From: Vicugna vicugna
Taxonomy: Eukaryota
NCBI GenBank assembly: GCA_013265495.1
Contig: MU058233.1
Location: 409,038-469,037 of the forward strand
Reading direction: 5' to 3'
Length of the DNA stretch: 60,000 nt
Below the pieces are notes generated by a model. It worked only from the letters and a program-made list of their open reading frames with translations. It did not search any database and had not been told where the DNA came from. Each line of letters opens with the position of its first letter. Position 1 is the stretch's first letter. A program made the translations under genes and the position numbers. Below, piece by piece: positions 12,761 to 24,272 of this stretch.

Positions 12761-13650
12761 GTTACCCGAAGGGGAAATGCTGGGCTTTGGTCTCCTCATC
12801 CCTGACCCTTTGTGACCTGATCAGCACGATGCCCTTTGACCTTGAAGGCCACACCTGGCAGCACCCCAAGGCATCATGGACACAAACGCTGCCCAGGTGA
12901 GTGGCGTGGTTCTGGGCAGCCCCCTGCAGGTTGCCTGTCTCGGATGTCTGTGCTGGGACCACAGCGGAGGGAAGGGCAGGAGACAGGCCATTAAACTTTA
13001 AGAGCTCTTGAAAACTTGGGCTCAAGGGCCAGGCAGGTGAAGGGAGCTCCAGGGTTGGGGGCCTCCGCTCAGCGTGTGTACCAGGTGCCGACAGCGTGCC
13101 TGGTGTAGCAGGTGCTAGGGTGCTCACCAAAGAGTTGTTGGATGAATGAGCGAGTGAGTAGAAGCGGGGGCAAAGCCAGCACAGGAATTATGATTGTCAG
13201 CTGTGCCCAGTCTGGTGGCAGGACAATGTGGAGTGGTGGGGACTGCAGCAAAGGGGAGGGCGCGTGTCCCCACGACACGTGGTAGCCGCCGCTTAGGTGC
13301 AGCCGGCTCTCACCATACAAACTCAGCATTGCCAGAATGCCGGCTTTTAAAGAACACCAGAAACCTGGCTTTTTAAGACAAATTTCCCAATTTTTTTCAA
13401 TATTTTCTAAAACACTATGGAGAGAAAAAAAATGAAAACATGTCCAATGACTCATGTTCGAGCCACGTTAGACACGTGGGAACCTCTAATCTGGTCCAGA
13501 TCCTGTTTTCCAGGCAAACGACCTGAGACCTGGACTGGCCTCCTTCGAGGCAGGCCCAGACAGAGCTGGCTGAGTGGGGCCCTGCTGTCCTCTGGTGGGA
13601 GAGGCCAGGGCGCCTCCAGCCCCAGCTTAGGGTTCCTTTCCAAAGTCTTG

Positions 13651-13828
13651 GGGGGCAGGTTATAGCTCAGGGGTAGAGCATGTGCTTAGCATGCACTGGA
13701 TCCTCGGTTCAATCCCCTGTACCTCCATTAAGTAAAATAACAAACAAACAAAGTAACAAACAAACCTAATTACCTCCTCTCCACCAAAAACCAAACAAAC
13801 AAAAAACAACAACAAAAACAAAGTAACA
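13651..13828 (+). mobile_element. Camelid tRNA-derived SINE (Vic-1-type)
   Basis: A-box tatagctcagggtagag, B-box ggttcaatcc, aaacctaattacctcc block and CA-rich tail. TSD ccaaagtcttg (13640-13650) / ccaaaggcttg (13829-13839). Confidence 0.9.
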
Positions 13829-15039
13829 CCAAAGGCTTGAAGCCCAGGAGCAATTCTGACTGGAGAGGGATTCGCAAAGGAACCGCCGGGGCCCCGGGAA
13901 GGCGTCCAGCACTGCCTGTCCCCCCACCATAGCTGCCTTCTTCCTCTGTAGGCAGCCAAAGCCTTGCTCGTAAGGAAGGGATTCTCACCCTATCCGAGCC
14001 ACGCCTGGAAACAGAGAGGGATGGAGATCTCACCAAGTCATTCGATGAGGCCGGCATCCCCTCAATAGAAAGGTGAACGCGGTAATATGCTTTCAAGATA
14101 ATAAGCCTTAACTCTGGACTGAGTGTGAAAATTACACGTGAGCGGCTGTCAGTCCCTGGGCCCATCTGAGAGCTCTCAGCTGGAGCAGAAAACCGACTGA
14201 GAAGCCCCTGAAGAATGAGGATTAATTATCTCTCATCCAAGGACGGCAAACCAGGTTGACCGCAGGCGGGCCCCTCTGTGGCCCGGGGAGAGTCTGCCCT
14301 GGGACTGCAGGGCAGCCTCCGAGTTCCGGGTGGCCCACCCTCACGTGTCAGCGTCTGAAGTCCTCCAGGGGCCAGTCCTTTCCTCGTGTCCCTTTTTAAG
14401 AGTACAGACAATTTCCCAGCAACTCTGCAGCCTCTCCCTGAGCCCCGTCGGCAGGGTGGCCTGCCTGTTTGTTTGCCAGGCTCTCCAATCCCGGCGTGGC
14501 CAGCTGCACTGCAGGACTGGCTGCACTCGACCGAGAACCAAGCTAGGGAGGCGCCGCCTCCCCCGAACGCAGGGCTGCTGCCTGAAGCCTGAGGAAACTG
14601 GGGCTTGGTGAGCCGGGGGAAGGTTGCCTGGCAACCAACAGTGTCAGCCACCTCTCCACCAGCTGCTGTCCGCGTGGCTGGACACTGCCTCCAAGGGGCA
14701 AGGCCAGGCCCGGGGCAGCACGGTGGTCACACCAGGAGAGCGGTGGCCACTCCCGAGGAAGCCGTCCCCAGCACCCAGGGCCCAAGCCCATCCAGCCTGG
14801 TGTCTGCCGTCACTACGCACTCTTTTGTCCCAAACAACAGAATCTTCGCGGGATCCTGAGGTGCGTCCCTGGGGATGGCTTCCGTCCTCCCTGAACCCCA
14901 GCATCCCCAAGTCCCACCCCTGCAGACAAGAAGAGTGGTCAGGCCCAGGGCCCCGTCCAGAGAGGGGTGTCCTGCTCATTTACGCTGGTCAGCCTGAGAA
15001 CACATCAGGGTGGGGAGAGAGGATACCTGCTGGACAGGT

Positions 15040-15210
15040 GCACACATGCACACACATGTGCACACACAGCACAGAAACATGTGCGCACATACACACGCAC
15101 ATCACATGCACACGCGAGCACACACATACACATGTATGTGCACACATGAACATGCACGCACATGTACACTCGTGCACGTGTGCAGACACACACACACCAT
15201 ACACATGCCA
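15040..15210. repeat. CA/TG-rich degenerate simple repeat
   Basis: cacacatgcacacacatgtgcacac... units. Confidence 0.9.
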
Positions 15211-16196
15211 CCTGACATTTGCATCCAGCCCCACCAGATCCAACGGAAGCAGCTAATTCCTGTTCCCAATGGTAAATACAATTCCATTTCTGAATCCATT
15301 AGCACGACTAGTCCACGACGCATGACTTGCGGGTGGCAAACAGAGATGAGATTCGTGATCGCAGATGAGCCAGTGCTGGGAATTTTGATTTTGATTTCCC
15401 TTGCAATTCCACACCAAATAATAACAGCGCCGCTTGGTCGAAACACATTTCCACAGTCAATGAAAAGACAAGCGATTGTTCTTAGCGGAGCCCGCCGAGG
15501 CAGCAAGCACAGGGGTTGCCTAACGGACGGACGGTGAAGCGAGAGGCTCGGGGCCCGGCCATCAGGGAGACAGCTGAGACTGGAGGGGTGGGTGTCCCTG
15601 TGTGGCCTCAGCCCGTGGCCCCAGGCCCACGGCTGAGTGGTGGTTGGGACACGTCTCTGGGCATGGCCACGTCCACCAGTGCCCAGGGGAGGGTGGAAGC
15701 CACCCACGGCTTCTCAGTACAGACCACTGGCCCAAGAAACACAGGGCTGGCTTCAGGGACACTGTCCCCAGGAGGAAGCCAGGACCACGATCCGCGGCTC
15801 CCAGTGGCTCCTGGCGCACCCTCTCACCCCTGCCCTTGGGACACTGCCCTCCCTCCGTGCCCCCACCCCCCACTGGCTCACCGCCACTCCCCTCGAGCTC
15901 TGTGGGGGTGCCAGGCACCAGAGGGAACATCTCGTCAAGGGGAGTCTGACCTTAGCCCTCCCCAGAGAGGGCCGGCGGAGCAGACGTCCCGGCTTGTGGG
16001 GTTTCTGCAAGTCAACGAGAAGGCCAGGCAGCCGGGCCGGGAGAAGCGAGGACCCGTGCGCCCCACGGGAGGCAGGGCTGGTGCTTCGCGGGGTACTTAC
16101 CCACCTGCTCGGCCTGTGGGCCTGGCTGCTCTGATTGTGGTAGCTGAACCCGCTCTCCCTTCCAGCAACCTGGCCCTCCTCCGTCATCTGTCACCG

Positions 16197-16307
16197 TGTG
16201 GGGTTAATTTGGTGTGACAGCCTGACTAGCCTGTGGTACTCAGTTTGGGGTCAAAACCAGTCTAAATGTTGCTACGTAGCTGTTTCTTAAGTTGCAATTA
16301 ACATTTA
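16197..16307 (+). mobile_element. MLT2 (ERVL) LTR 5' end, truncated by L1
   Basis: tgtggggttaatttggtgtgacagcctgact...ggtcaaaaccagtctaaatgttgct...attaacattta. Confidence 0.65.
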
Positions 16308-17390
16308 AAAAATTGTGGCTAAATACACATAACATAAAATTTTAACCCCTTTTTAAAAAATGTGCAGATCCAGGGTATTAACTGCATTTCACATTGTTGT
16401 GCAACTATCACCACCATCTCTCTCCAGAAATTTTCCGTCTTCCCAAGCTGAAACTCTGTCCCCGTCACTCACTCACTCCTCACCCCTTCCCGCAGCCCCC
16501 GGCCCCCACCCTGCTGCTTTCTGTCTCCACGGACTTGTCTGTTCTAGGGACCTCATGGGAATAAAACCACGCTTTTGTCCTTTTGTGGCTGGCTTGGCTC
16601 GCTGAGCATGATGTCCTCAAGCTCCGCCCCGTCGCAGCCTGTGTCAGAACTTCCTTCCTTTTTGAGGCTGAATAATATTCTATAGTGTGTCCATATCACA
16701 GTTTGTTCATCTATCATCCAGCAAAGGACTCTTGGGTTGTTCCACATTTTAACCATCATCAATAATGCCGCTGTGAGCACAGGCGTGCCAGTGTCTCTTC
16801 AACCCTGCTTTCGGTTCTTCTGGTTGAATACCCAGACGTGGAACTGCTCAATTATAGCAGTTCTATCCGTTTGTTTTGAGGAGCCGCCATCTTGTTGTCC
16901 ACGGTGGCCGCACCATTTTACATTCCCACCAGCAGTGAGCGAGGGTTCCAGCTTCTCCACGCCCTCCCCGACACTCATCTTCTTTTTGACAGTAGCCGTC
17001 CTAATGAGCGTGAGGTGGCGTCCCGGCGCGGTTCCGGTTTCGGTCTCCCTGATGGTTAGCGGCGTTGAGCATCTCTTCCCGTGCTTGCTGGCCACTCGGG
17101 TGTCTTCTTTGGAGAAAGACCTCTTCGAGTCCTTTGTCCACTTTGGAGCCAGTTTACTTGGGATGTCCTGTTAAGCTTCAGTTTTTCTGCTTATATTCCG
17201 GACACCGATCACTGATCAGATACTAACTTACAAATACTTTCCCCCATTCCATGCCGTGTGTTTTCAGTCTCTTGAGAGTCTCCTATCTTTGTCAAAAATG
17301 CACAAAAGCTTTTTTCCCCCTTAGGAAGTCCAATTTATCTATTCTTTCCTTTTGTTGTCTTTTGGTGTCCCATCAAAGAAACCTTTGTCA
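16308..17390 (-). mobile_element. L1MB-type LINE-1 fragment (ORF2 C-terminus and 3'UTR), degenerate
   Basis: Minus-strand ORFs give MASKHGKRCSTPLTIRE...VGEGVEKLEPSLTAGGNVKW and MLTAALLMMVKMWNNP...LEDIMLSEPSQPQKDK, both recognisable L1 ORF2p C-terminal motifs, frameshifted. Confidence 0.9.
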
Positions 17391-19139
17391 AGTCTTGCAC
17401 ATCCTTAGGCCATCAAAACAAGGCTGACCAACCGCCCACTTCTGGGTTCCTCACTGAGTGTCTGTGCTCCTTGGGGATCGTTCTGAAATGCAGATTTCTG
17501 GCTCAGCAGGTCCGCGGAGGAGCCTGGGCGTCTGTATCACCAAGCGCACGGGAGATGCTGGCGCAGCTCTGCCACGTTTCCGGCTCCTCGCAGCTGAAGG
17601 CATCCCGGCCCCGCACACGGGCTCTGCCTTCTCCTGCTGCCCAGTGAGTTCCCTGCGGGCTGGATTCCCTCGGGCTGTGGGCTCTGGTGGGGTCCTGGAG
17701 CACCACCTCTGCCTCCTGGCCCACGCCCCCCGGTCTCTCCTGCACCCCGGCAGCCTCTCCCCCAGGTCTCAGCCAGAAGAAGGAAGAAACACGAAGAGTC
17801 CTAGGATCTGCTGCTCTCAGGATTGGAACTATTTATGAGAATGCACAGGATTTTGCCAATTCTCGTTTTCCTCTTTAAAATATTTTATTTTAGTGTCAAA
17901 TGACAATTACAGTTCGGAGGGTGTTGCTCTAGAGTTGCTACAGTGAGTAACGATCATCCATTTGTCTTTCTGAGCACGTGCCATTTGTCCCCGTCATTCA
18001 GCCCCCCTGGGCCTTTGTCTCGGTGGTGAGCCCGTGCCGTCTGGAAGATGCAGCTGCTACTGCCAGGCTGGACAAGGATGCCTGCTGTGGCTTTGCAGAA
18101 ATTCACCACCAGAGATGGAGGAAGAGATGGGCAGGGGCTACGAGTCGAGTCTCTAGGACCTGGTTATGAGTTGAATCCATCAGACAGGGCCTGGGATGGG
18201 CCAGGGCAGAGGGTGGTGGCATCAGAGAGGTCACCTCTCATTTTCTGGACAGATTCCACCCCCCTAGGAAGAAGGAAAGGAGGGGCAGGTGTGTCACCAG
18301 ACCCCTGTGGTGAAGCTTGATACAACAAACCAGCCAAATATCCAATTAGTCACGTTGACCCTTTGAAGCCACAGGGTCCTTAGCTCTGCTGGTTCATTGG
18401 TCACCCACCGTTCACTGAGCACTGGCCACACCATGCCCCGTGCTTGGAGGGAAACATGGCGAAAGCTACACGGATGTGGTCTTCATCCTCACGGGGCTTC
18501 TGGCCGCCGGGGACACGTCGAGGAATCATCATTGACTGTTATACAGTGTGGAAAGCCTGGATGGAGGAAGTGACGTGGAGGGGTGCAGAAGGGGGGCCGG
18601 CTTGGCCTGCCGTGTTCACAGATGCTGCCCGAGGAAGCGAAGCCTGACCTGACCATCAAACCACATTTCAGGGAGAAACGAGGAAGAGAAAGGGGCAGAG
18701 GGAGGGACAGCATCTGAATGTGGAGAGAAAACGTCCCCGTAAGTCCCCCAGACCAGAACCCGCCTGGCAGGGAAGCTGTGAATGACGGATTTGCCTTCAG
18801 CTGGGCACGTTGCTTCCCTGAACGAAAGCAAGGTTTTGGTAAGAAAAGAGGAAGAGGAGAATAGTCACGGGGCAGGCACAGGGCAGCCGCGGCGTCACCA
18901 GATGCGCTACCAAAGGATGCTCGCTCGTTCCCAAGCACAGGCCCAGCCCCGAGAAAGAGCACGTCTCCAAACTGAAGCTGGAGCCCCGCGGGCGGGAGTC
19001 AAGGGCCACTCACGTGACCGCACAGCAGAGGAAAGTGAGTGGGAACTCAGGGCCTGCCACCCCGGGTCACGATTACCCTAACACGCTGCAGGGGACACAG
19101 GCAGACACACAGAGAATGCGCAGAAGACAGACAGCAGAA

Positions 19140-19378
19140 AGAAAAACATTCACAACCTAGGACTGAGGGACGCTCCTCCTATTTTTTCATAGTGAAGCAA
19201 TAGTAGCATGAAGTCAACGAACAGAAATAAAGGTGTAAGACAGGAAATAAGACGATTAAGTGCCCTGAAAAGAGAGGCGGCAAGTCTCAGGAAACAAACT
19301 GAGGATGGAAGTGACACAGTTATGGGTCTGAGGAATAACCTGGAAGTAGTAAGAAATACAGTAGTAATACTGCAAAGT
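19140..19378 (+). mobile_element. L1/HAL1 ORF1-like coiled-coil remnant
   Basis: A-rich segment translating VRQEIRRLSALKREAASLRKQTE...MGLRNNLEVVRN, a heptad pattern like the ORF1p coiled coil. Confidence 0.4.
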
Positions 19379-19854
19379 GACTTTTTCCCCAGAATTTTGA
19401 ACCTTATTTTTGTTTGTAAAATAGCCCTGTTGTTATCACCGGAGCAGGAGAATACTGGGAGACACAAACAAGGATTTAAAGACAGAACTTCACATTTCCA
19501 CCATCCAGATAGCGCTGCCGTTTGCACCTCCAGCACATCTCTCCTCCAAACGGCCAAAAGAAGGCCCTACTGCGACCTTCTCAGTTACCTGCTTGTATCG
19601 GTCAGCGGCGTTCATCTTTCCGTTTCATTTAATCTCATTTAAGACCATTTTTAAACTTCCTGGGTTGACCTAAAATTACCCCACTCGGCTGGCCTGTTGA
19701 AAGCAGTATCGAGAGATACTCATCACATTGAGTCGTATGTCCTTGAATTTCTCTGAATCTAACAGAGTCCCTTGGCGCAGGGCCTTGGCCTCCCACCCAC
19801 CAGAAGACAAAAGGCAGCGGGAAAGCCGTGGCTAAGGCCGGAGGACCCGCAGGT

Positions 19855-20275
19855 GGCGACGGGAGGGAAGGGGGCAGGGCACAAGCTCCGGAGGAACGAC
19901 ACAGCGACTGCAGACAGGACCAGCTGGTTAGAACCAAGACGGCGGACGCCTCGACTCCCAGGAGACCTTGAACGTCACGGCACACCCGCAGGCGCCGTGG
20001 CAGTTCCTAGGCTGACCACAGGAGGTCAAGGCATGCGTGGAATGCCTGGAAGTCCCTGTGCCTTCCCCAGCAGGTTGGAATAACCCTCCTGCTCTCCGGC
20101 GTATGAGATTACCAAGCCCACGCGAGCAAGCAGCCCCACACCTGCGCGCTCGCTCGCTCTTGCCCTCGCTCTGTCCGTGGAGTGTGTGTCTCTCCAAATA
20201 AACCCGCGTTCGCTTCACTGTGCCTCGCTCTTGAACTCTCCCCTGCGTGAGGCAAGAACCTGTCCCCCAGTAACA
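19855..20275 (+). mobile_element. ERV1 solo LTR (MER41-like, artiodactyl type)
   Basis: gggagggaagggggcagggcaca...ctggttagaaccaag...aataaa...ctcgctcttgaa...caagaacc...gtaaca. Probable 4-bp TSD aggt/aagt. Confidence 0.75.
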
Positions 20276-20599
20276 AAGTCACACTTGGCTGAGATGCACC
20301 CAGGTACACAGGCAGAGGTGTGCGTTCTCCAACAGCAAAGAGCAGAGGCGCCCCTGAAGCCTTCCTGAAAACAGACTCTCCCCACCAGCGCAATCCTGAA
20401 CTGAGTCAGTTTCAGGAACAAGACAGCTGGGGCAACGGTGTGGAGGGGCACTGGAGTCATTGCAAGACATGTCCCGTTCAAAGCCCTCTTGGAATTGCCG
20501 TTACAGACGGAATGTCAACGCTGGGACCACGTGAAAACGAAGAACGGGGAAGGACAGAAGACAGGCAGAAGGCGGATGTCCCCAGTGACAGGAAAAACT

Positions 20600-20985
20600 G
20601 CGTTTCTCCCTTGGTCTCTCCGGATGCCACCTCCCATCTCCTCGGAGCGTTCACCAACCCGGAAGTTCTCCAACCCCCTCCTCTGGGGACTTTTTGTGGA
20701 GGCTTCGTTATGCAGGCACGGTTGATTGAATCACCAAGCATTGGCGACTGGATGATCTCTAGCCCCCTCTGCTCCTAGAGGCCAGGGGTGGGGCTGACAG
20801 TGCAGCCCTGTCATGTGGTCGCTCCTCCAGCCACCAGTCCCCGTCCAGGCTTGCTCCAGGAGCCCCCAGCCACTGGTCACCCTATTGTGCACACAAGACA
20901 CCACTGCAGAGCCTCCGTGGGTTTTAGGAGCAGCGTGCCAGGAAACAGGCAGAGACCAAATACGTGTATCTCTTATTATGTCACA
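20600..20985 (-). mobile_element. MER21-like LTR fragment
   Basis: ttcaccaacccggaagttctc...ggttgattgaatca...ggttttaggagc...gaccaaatac...ttattatgtcaca. Confidence 0.65.
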
Positions 20986-22206
20986 ACTAATTTTTTGCTG
21001 TGTTACAGCCGTATGCAAAACTAAGTCATGCACGTCTAACAGGGGATGCAAAGCTTTCACGGCTCCTCGTAAACTTTTTAAGACTGCATCTAGAGAGCTC
21101 TTTCAAGAAATGACAGTTGACAGAGAAAGAAATGTTTATTTGCATTTCAAAAACTCCTTAGCTCCCTTTTCTTGCCTTAAATTCAAGGGTGTGAAACGTA
21201 CCTTGCTAAAAAGAGCATCAGCAGTCAGGTCACACGGGCAAGCGTGCCTCTCCTGTTCATTCCTCTCCACGCAGGCTCACCTGGAGTAACCGCCACCGAA
21301 CGCTAACCACATCAACGGCGGATTTTCCTTGGCGAAGGCGCTTGGAGTGAGTGTTGGCATTTTTGTCTTTGTACTTTCTACATTGATTAAACTCTCTGGA
21401 ATACGCACGCTTTCTTTTTAAAAAAACAGTGGAGAACTTTTCTCCAAAGGACGCACAGAGGACGTCGCACGCTCTAGCCTCTATGGCCCGTTGTTCACGC
21501 CAGGTCACAACCACGTGAATACTTGTGTACTATTTTGTCCTTTTAAATTAAAAAAAGACAGGGGGTTGGGGTGGGAGAGCGCATCCCGGTCTCTCACGCT
21601 GATGTTTTCCTTTGTCCGTTTCTCATTTTGATGTATTTTGCCCCAATCTCGGAGTCTGAGCCACAGTGCGGGCATCACCCCTCTCCAGGGAAGGGTGCCC
21701 TCCTAGCTGCCCTTCCATGTCCAGGTGAAGCAACTGTGGGCTCCGCTGACCTCCACACACCTGGGTGGGCCAGGCAGAGTCCAGGTGGGTGATTGAGGCT
21801 GCGAGCATCTTAGGGAGCTCTGGGCCTGGAGGTGGGCCACGGCCAGAGAAGGCGGGGACTGTCTGGCAGGTGGACTCAAGGTCTCAGCCACCCGGTGCAC
21901 CAGGACCCCGTTGGGGCTGGCGAGAGAGATGGGGGGTGGGACAAGGCAGGGATGGTGTCGGGGTAACGGGCAGCACTCTGTACGCCACCACGTGGAGCTC
22001 GAACCCCCAGGGAAAGCCTCCTTCTTCCCAGAGCTGGGAGCTGCTGGGGACTTGTGCCTCCTCCTTCGGGGAGGCATGTGTCCCGTCTGCCCGACTCCCC
22101 CGTCTCCCCATCTCCCCGCTGCAGATGGGCGCCCGCGGGAGGAAGCGGTGGGCGCTGTAGCGCAGAAGTAAACCCAGGGATGCGCTTTCTAAAACGGTAA
22201 GAACGC

Positions 22207-22428
22207 GAGATTTGCACATGTTCATCACTATATATAAAAATAGATAAAAACCAAATGTCTGCTGTACAGCACAGGGAACTATATTCAATATCTTGTAATA
22301 AACTTTAATGAAAAAGAACATGAAAACAAATATATGTATATATATGCATGACGGGGACAGTGTGCTGCTCACTAGAAACTGACACATTGTAACTGACTGT
22401 GCTTCAGTGAAAAATCAGTAAACAAAAC
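22207..22428 (+). mobile_element. Camelid L1 3' end
   Basis: ctgtacagcacagggaactatattcaatatcttgtaata...gacacattgtaactgactg. Closely similar to the copies at 49.4 kb and 56.7 kb. Confidence 0.85.
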
Positions 22429-23944
22429 GGACCAGTGAGAACACGGACCCCTCGCAGTGCCTCTAGGTGACACTCCAGGAATCTGGCGACTTGGCTGGGA
22501 GGGACAGTTAAGGAACCTTTGGAAGCCCCGCATTCAACACTGGGAAGTTCTGCGTGAGAAGTCATGCCTGCTCCCAGGCCGCCTCGGCCCGCATCTGGAG
22601 CAGCCCCCGCAGGGGACCCTGCCCTGCGGTTCTGGAAAGCCGGGCGCCACCCGAGTTAATTGCTTTATAATGGGTGTGTGAGAACAATCGGCAATTCGGG
22701 CAACTGTTCTCTGTCCACAAGGCGAGATTTGATTACTTTTTTATCACTAAATTAAATTCCTTCTCTTGCTTGTCTCGTTACATTAAATCTCTTTAAATCT
22801 TAATAGACTGCAGCTTCTCCCCGCAGCTCGGGCCACTGATAACCGCGTGGGAGACCCTCAGGGGCCCAGAGCCAGCAGGTGGGGAGGGAGGGGGCGGGGG
22901 AGACAGGATGGCTGGGGGCCACAGAGCTCCTCCGATCCAGGTCCAGGCGATTCTCCCCTCCCAGAGCAGCTCCAGACCGGCGACCCCCGGGGCGTCGGGA
23001 CTCTGGCGGAGGAGGAACGGCTGGGGGCTCCGAGTCTTTCCAGGCCTGCGTGTGGCTTCCGGACGGCTGCCCTCCAGCCAGTTCAGCCCGCAGAGCCCAC
23101 TCCCCGCCTCTGCCCTCCAGGACGGCGGGGAGGAGAGGTTCCAGAGGAGGCGGAGGGCCGTTCGGCTGCACAGAAGCTTCAGCGTCCCTGCAGGGTGGCT
23201 GGGTGGGGGTCCCTGCGGCTCTCGGCTGGCAGCCAATCAGGCGGAAGTGTTCACCTGGACAAGGCGGGAGGGGGGCCGTGTTTCTCAGGCTGGTCCACTC
23301 AGTCTGCTTTTCCTTCTTTCTAACTTTCCTGGAGTACAGTCAGTTACAACGCGTCCGTTTCTGGTGCGCAGCACCATCAGCCCTCCTCACACCACGCTTG
23401 GAGCCTCCACACTCACCCCATCAGCCGCGCGTGTCCTGGTTTCACAGGCTCGAAGGGGCCCGTGGAGCAGGTGCCTTCATCTTTGTGACAAGGACGTCCA
23501 GCGCCCTGAAGTGTCTGCCCGTTTCACAGCGCCAGCAGCTCCAGGAGAGCTGTCAGTCGCAGGGACTGAGCTGCCGGAAGCCCCGAGACTCCCTGGCTCC
23601 CAACTGCATGGGTTTCTCCCTGCGGGCGCTGCGGGCCCATCGCTGCCAAGGCCGGGACCTCACACTGGGTCCCCAGGGGTGTGGGCCGGTGTCCATCTGA
23701 AGCACTTCGGCCCAGGCAGGGAGAGGGCGCCAGCACCGGCCCAGGAGCCAACACGCGCCCCGTGTAGCCATCACAACTCCCGGGCCAGGCTGGCCGCTGG
23801 GCCCCGCCCAACCCCGAGAGGCGAGACCAGAAGTGCTTGGTGAAAGCTCCACGGGAACCTCAGGGTAGAAATGGGAAGTGTGGGAGCCGCGGGGAGGCTG
23901 CGAGAGGAAAGCTGGTGCAACGTCAGCGGGGCATCGTGCGGTCG

Positions 23945-24272
23945 TGCAGTGGCCGCTGTGTCCCCTGCATTCACCTTGATGCCCAACCCCCATGCGAGGC
24001 GCCTGTGGGGGGCGATCAGGTCATGAGGGTGGGGCCCCAGGAACAGGATTAGCGTCCTCATCAGGGGCCTGAGAGCTCCCGCACCCTCTCTCCAGCAGGT
24101 GAGGACAGTCGGGAGACATGGGCCAAACCAGGAATCAGATCCTCATCAGACTCCAAACCTGCGGACACCTTGGTCTCCGGCTTCCCGCCTCCAGGACTGT
24201 GAGAAATGAAGGTCTCTTGTTCACGTTGCTCGGTCTGTGGTGTTCACCATGCAGCCTGAGCTGACCAGCACG
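23945..24272 (+). mobile_element. MaLR LTR (MLT1A-like)
   Basis: ggtcatgagggtggggccc...ggattagcgtcctcat...cctccaggactgtgagaaat...gcagcctgagctgac. Confidence 0.75.

Noticed and set aside
12890..12905. Strong isolated splice donors (CAG|GTGAGT here; AAG|GTGAGT near 30523)
   Set aside because: There is no convincing upstream acceptor or recognisable coding frame, and such motifs occur by chance at this frequency.
13651..13730. tRNA-like heads with A and B boxes (also at 35912, 38353, 39776 and 44700-44775)
   Set aside because: Each is followed by the SINE body, an A-rich tail and in some cases a TSD, and the stems are mutated. They are SINEs, not tRNA genes.
14967..15256. His/Thr- and Cys/Val-rich ORFs resembling metal-binding proteins (also near 33.9-34.0 kb and 51.9-52.2 kb)
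   Set aside because: Translations of CA/TG low-complexity repeats.
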